Shown one piece after another: positions 60,801 to 64,000 of a stretch of 64,000 nt of DNA. This DNA comes from Azolla caroliniana (taxonomy: Eukaryota > Plantae > Polypodiophyta): the NCBI GenBank assembly GCA_043228905.1, contig JBHGNT010000017.1, forward strand, positions 13,144,001 to 13,208,000. The letters are read 5' to 3'. Position numbers and translations under genes: made by a program. The notes under the pieces are model-generated. The model ran no database searches, was not told where the DNA came from, and saw only the letters and a program-made list of their open reading frames with translations. The first letter of the stretch is position 1. Every line of letters begins with the position of its first letter.

Positions 60801-63241
60801 TTCCCTTCGAGCGACAGTACTCCGCGAACTGCCCCCGGTATTCTCCTCCGTTATCCACTCGTATCGCTTTCAGCTTCTTGCCGGATTCTCTTTCCACTCT
60901 CGCGTGGAGTTCTTTGAAGACGGACAACACTTGGTCCTTTGTCTTCAACGGTGCCGTCCACAGCTTCCGGCTGTGATCATCAATGAAAGTCACGAAGTAC
61001 TGGGCTCCGCCATGTGACTTCGTTTCTACCTGACACACATCAGTGTGCACCAACTCCAATGGTGTGCTACGTCTCGTCGGTGGCCTTGAGTGGAAGGAGG
61101 TTCGGTTCTGCTTACCGGCCAGGCAATCGGTGCACTTCTCCAGGTGCACATGCTTTACTGGAATAAGGTTGTCTTCTGCAAGCCTCTTCATCCCCTTCTC
61201 ACTCATGTGGCACAGTCTTTTGTGCCACAGCTCACCGGCAGTGTCGGCTGCCACATTTAGCTCTTCCGGACACAACCAGGCATTCATAAGGTACAGTGTG
61301 TTGACTTTCTGGGCCCGAGCCACTATCAGGCTTCCCTTGCTGAACTTCATTACGCCGTTCCGGATGCTACATGTGTAGCCTTCATCGTCTAGCCTCCCGG
61401 CCGAAATCAGGTTCAATCGAACCTCCGGAACGTGTCGGACATCCTTCAGCAGCATTTTGCATCCGGTCGGGGTTGTCAACCATACGTCTCCTATGCCGGC
61501 AATCCGGCACGTACCTTCATTTCCCATCCGAACACAGCCATGTTCACCGGTTGTGTAGGATGAGAAGTATCTGCTTTCCGGGGTCAGGTGGAACGACGCT
61601 CCGGAATCGACCACCCAGGTAGTCTCATCGCCGGCAATGTTTAGTTCACCTTCTTCGGTGATGAGCATGATCTCCTCTTCACTTGCCGCGAGTGCCGTCG
61701 TTCCTTTCCGGTCCTGCCCTCGCCGATCCGGACCTCTCCAGTCCGTGGCTCCCCGGTATGCACCATTTCTCTCCGGTGACTTCTTCGAATCGGTGTCGTC
61801 GGCTCCGTTGTCTTTTCGGTAATGCCGACAATTCTTCCGGAAGTGCCCCGGCTTCCCACAGTGGAAGCATGTGGGTCTTCCTCTTGACTGCGACCGGGTC
61901 CCCGACTTCTCCCGTCTTTGCGGACTCCGGTTCCATTGTCTTCCCCGTTCCGATTCGGTAAGCAGCGCCTTCGAGTCGGAGACCGGTTCTTTATCTCTCC
62001 GACGCGCTTCTTCGTTCAAAATACTTGTCTTTACCGTTTGTAGGGACAAGTTATCTTCGGCGCAGGAGGTGCTGAGAGTCACCACCAAGTTCTCCCAACT
62101 GTCCGGCAATGTACACATCAGGATGATGGCTTGCATTGCATCCTCCAACGGGAACTTGATCGCCGCAAGCTGGTTCACGAATCCCATGAACGTGCTTACG
62201 TGTTCCACCATACTCTCGCCGTCCCGGTACTTGAGGTTCACTATCTTTCTCATCAGGGAGGTCCGGTTCAACGCATTCTTCCTCTCGTAGAGGCCCGACA
62301 GCTTCCTCCACATCTCATATGCGTTGGTGTCGTTCGCCACGTGTTGTAGAACGCTCACGTCGACGTATTGCCGAATGGTTGCAACGGCTTTCCGGTTCAG
62401 AAGCCTCCACTCCGTCTCAAGTACCCCCTTGGGTATTTCCGACCTGTCGATCGGTTCATACAGGTCCCAAACAATGAGCAGATCCTCCATCTTTATCTTC
62501 CAGTCGGCGTAGTTCTGCGCATTCAGCACCATCATCCCCGGCTGCCCGCTGCTGCCGCCTTCCATTTTCTGTGTTACCGTCGCTCTGATACCACTTTGTC
62601 GGAATTCCGTGCTCGGCCACAACCGAGGAACAGGATCGATTCACAGAAAACGGGAAATACAACAATGCACGAAAACAATAGAGAGAAGGGCACACTGGAT
62701 GTTTTACGTGGAAAACCCTAAATGGGAAAAAAAACCACGGGAGTGCAAGACTCCAACTATCACTATACGCGGGAATGTACAATGGCGAGCTGCAAGGCGA
62801 CGACCTTGAACTCGCTGTCCTCGCCACAGGCGGCGGTATTACACAGAGGCGTCGACCTCTTCCTTCCTCCTTCTCTCTCACTCTCTCTCGGCTGCTCTCA
62901 CTTCGCTCCCTCTTAGTGGAAAACAGAAAAAAAAGAGCAACAACTAAAACTGTTTGCCCTAAGTCATATTTATACACATATGACTTTCGGGCTATTTACA
63001 AATATAGCCTCAAGGGCCCTTGGCAAACATATTCACAGATATGTCCCCGCATCCGGATCTCTCTCCGGGTACATACGTCAACCGGCTCCGTAACCGGGGT
63101 CTTCAGCATCCGGCTCCGTAACCGGGTACTCTTCATCCTGCTTCATGCCGGGTACTCTTCATCATACGGTTCCGTAACAGCCTCCGGGCTTGCCGTCATT
63201 CATCTCCGGACATCCCATCCGGAGGGACCGAAATCCCAACA
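57838..63241 (-). mobile_element. Young, nearly intact Tnt1/Tork-like Copia (LTRs 57838-58481 and 62597-63241; TSD CGAAC)
   Basis: LTRs differ by about 2 substitutions and 1 indel; iMet PBS at 62581-62593; PPT at ~58484-58497; TSD at 57833-57837 and 63242-63246. Confidence 0.97.
58492..62565 (-). CDS. Copia gag-pol polyprotein interrupted by one TAG (60601-60603)
   Basis: The 673-aa and 701-aa ORFs are in the same frame; all domains present (gag, CCHC, VDSGAS, integrase, YVDD, RNaseH). Confidence 0.93.
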
Positions 63242-64000
63242 CGAACCACACGTCTTCCGAATTGGAGGTGCTTGCAGAGTCGAAGGCCGATATAGAGTTC
63301 GCTCTATGCCTCATTATGAATAGTCCGCCATAGTCGTCGTATTCGAAGTTGGTGGCGTAATTCGTGAGTTGTCGACGCCGACTCACTTCTTCTTTTTCGG
63401 CACTCCTCGCGGTGGCCGATTTTTCCGCAATAGTTGCAAGTTGTGGGCCTCATTTGCCGACCTTGTTCAGCATGGAAGCTCCCCCTTCTTCCAAAGGTTC
63501 CTTGATGGCTTCTGTGAAGTTTTGAGTTCCCTTCGTGTGATGGGTCAAGTCGACCTCTTCTACCGCCTTGACCTCGACCTCGTCCTCGGCCACCATCCGA
63601 ATTCAAGAAGAACATTTATCCTTCCGATGTCTTGGTTTTGGTTTGGACGTGGTTCTCTTCAACCATTAGCATTGATTGAAGGTTGAAGAACGAAGGAGGA
63701 TTTTCCCTCGCCAAGATTGCCGTCCTCAACGAGTCGAATTGTTGTGCGAGGCCGCCCAAGCATACTTGAACCATCTCGTCTTCGTCGACGATTATGTTGA
63801 TGGAGCCAAGCGAATCACAAATGCTCTTGATCTTGGTGGTGTAGTCCGACACAAACATATCTTTTTGCCAAATTTTGTTCAACTCTTGTCGGAGTTGAAG
63901 CTTTCGGGCGGTCATGTTGGCGGCGAAATTTTTCTTTAAGTTTGCCCACACTTCTTTAGGCGTCTTGGCCTCTCGAATGTGGCTAAGCATGTGGTCGTGG

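Larger units (their letters stand above)
55529..64000 (-). mobile_element. Non-autonomous Copia (RT/RNaseH deleted); 3' LTR 55529-55974; continues past the window
   Basis: LTR matches 5266-5799; PPT at 55975-55990; integrase (IHSDVWGP, TPQQNGVAERKN); protease DVWF|VDSGAS split by the insertion at 57838-63241; gag at 63250-64000. Confidence 0.9.

Overview
Repeat-dominated eukaryotic DNA, most likely from a non-seed land plant such as a fern or lycophyte (inferred from the TE lineages and intron style). About 85% is nested transposons: several Ty1/Copia families, Tcn1-like, Tat-like and Ylt1-like Ty3/Gypsy elements, and an endonuclease-less Penelope-like retroelement with a minimal hammerhead ribozyme. 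TSDs resolve a nesting stack at least five levels deep. One intact host gene is present: an 8-exon SLC25A38/Hem25-like mitochondrial carrier (47245-51545). The most notable object is a 12.0-kb DNA transposon (19528-31568; 25-bp GGG..CCC TIRs, 4-bp TACT TSD, Sola2-type transposase). It carries a convergent multi-exon accessory gene with a RING-H2 finger and, probably, an FCP1/NIF-like phosphatase domain with a substituted catalytic motif. Large introns in both genes are filled with arrays of the palindrome TAGCTAATTAGCTA, which also occurs next to both TIRs. All calls are from reading the sequence by eye; no searches were run.
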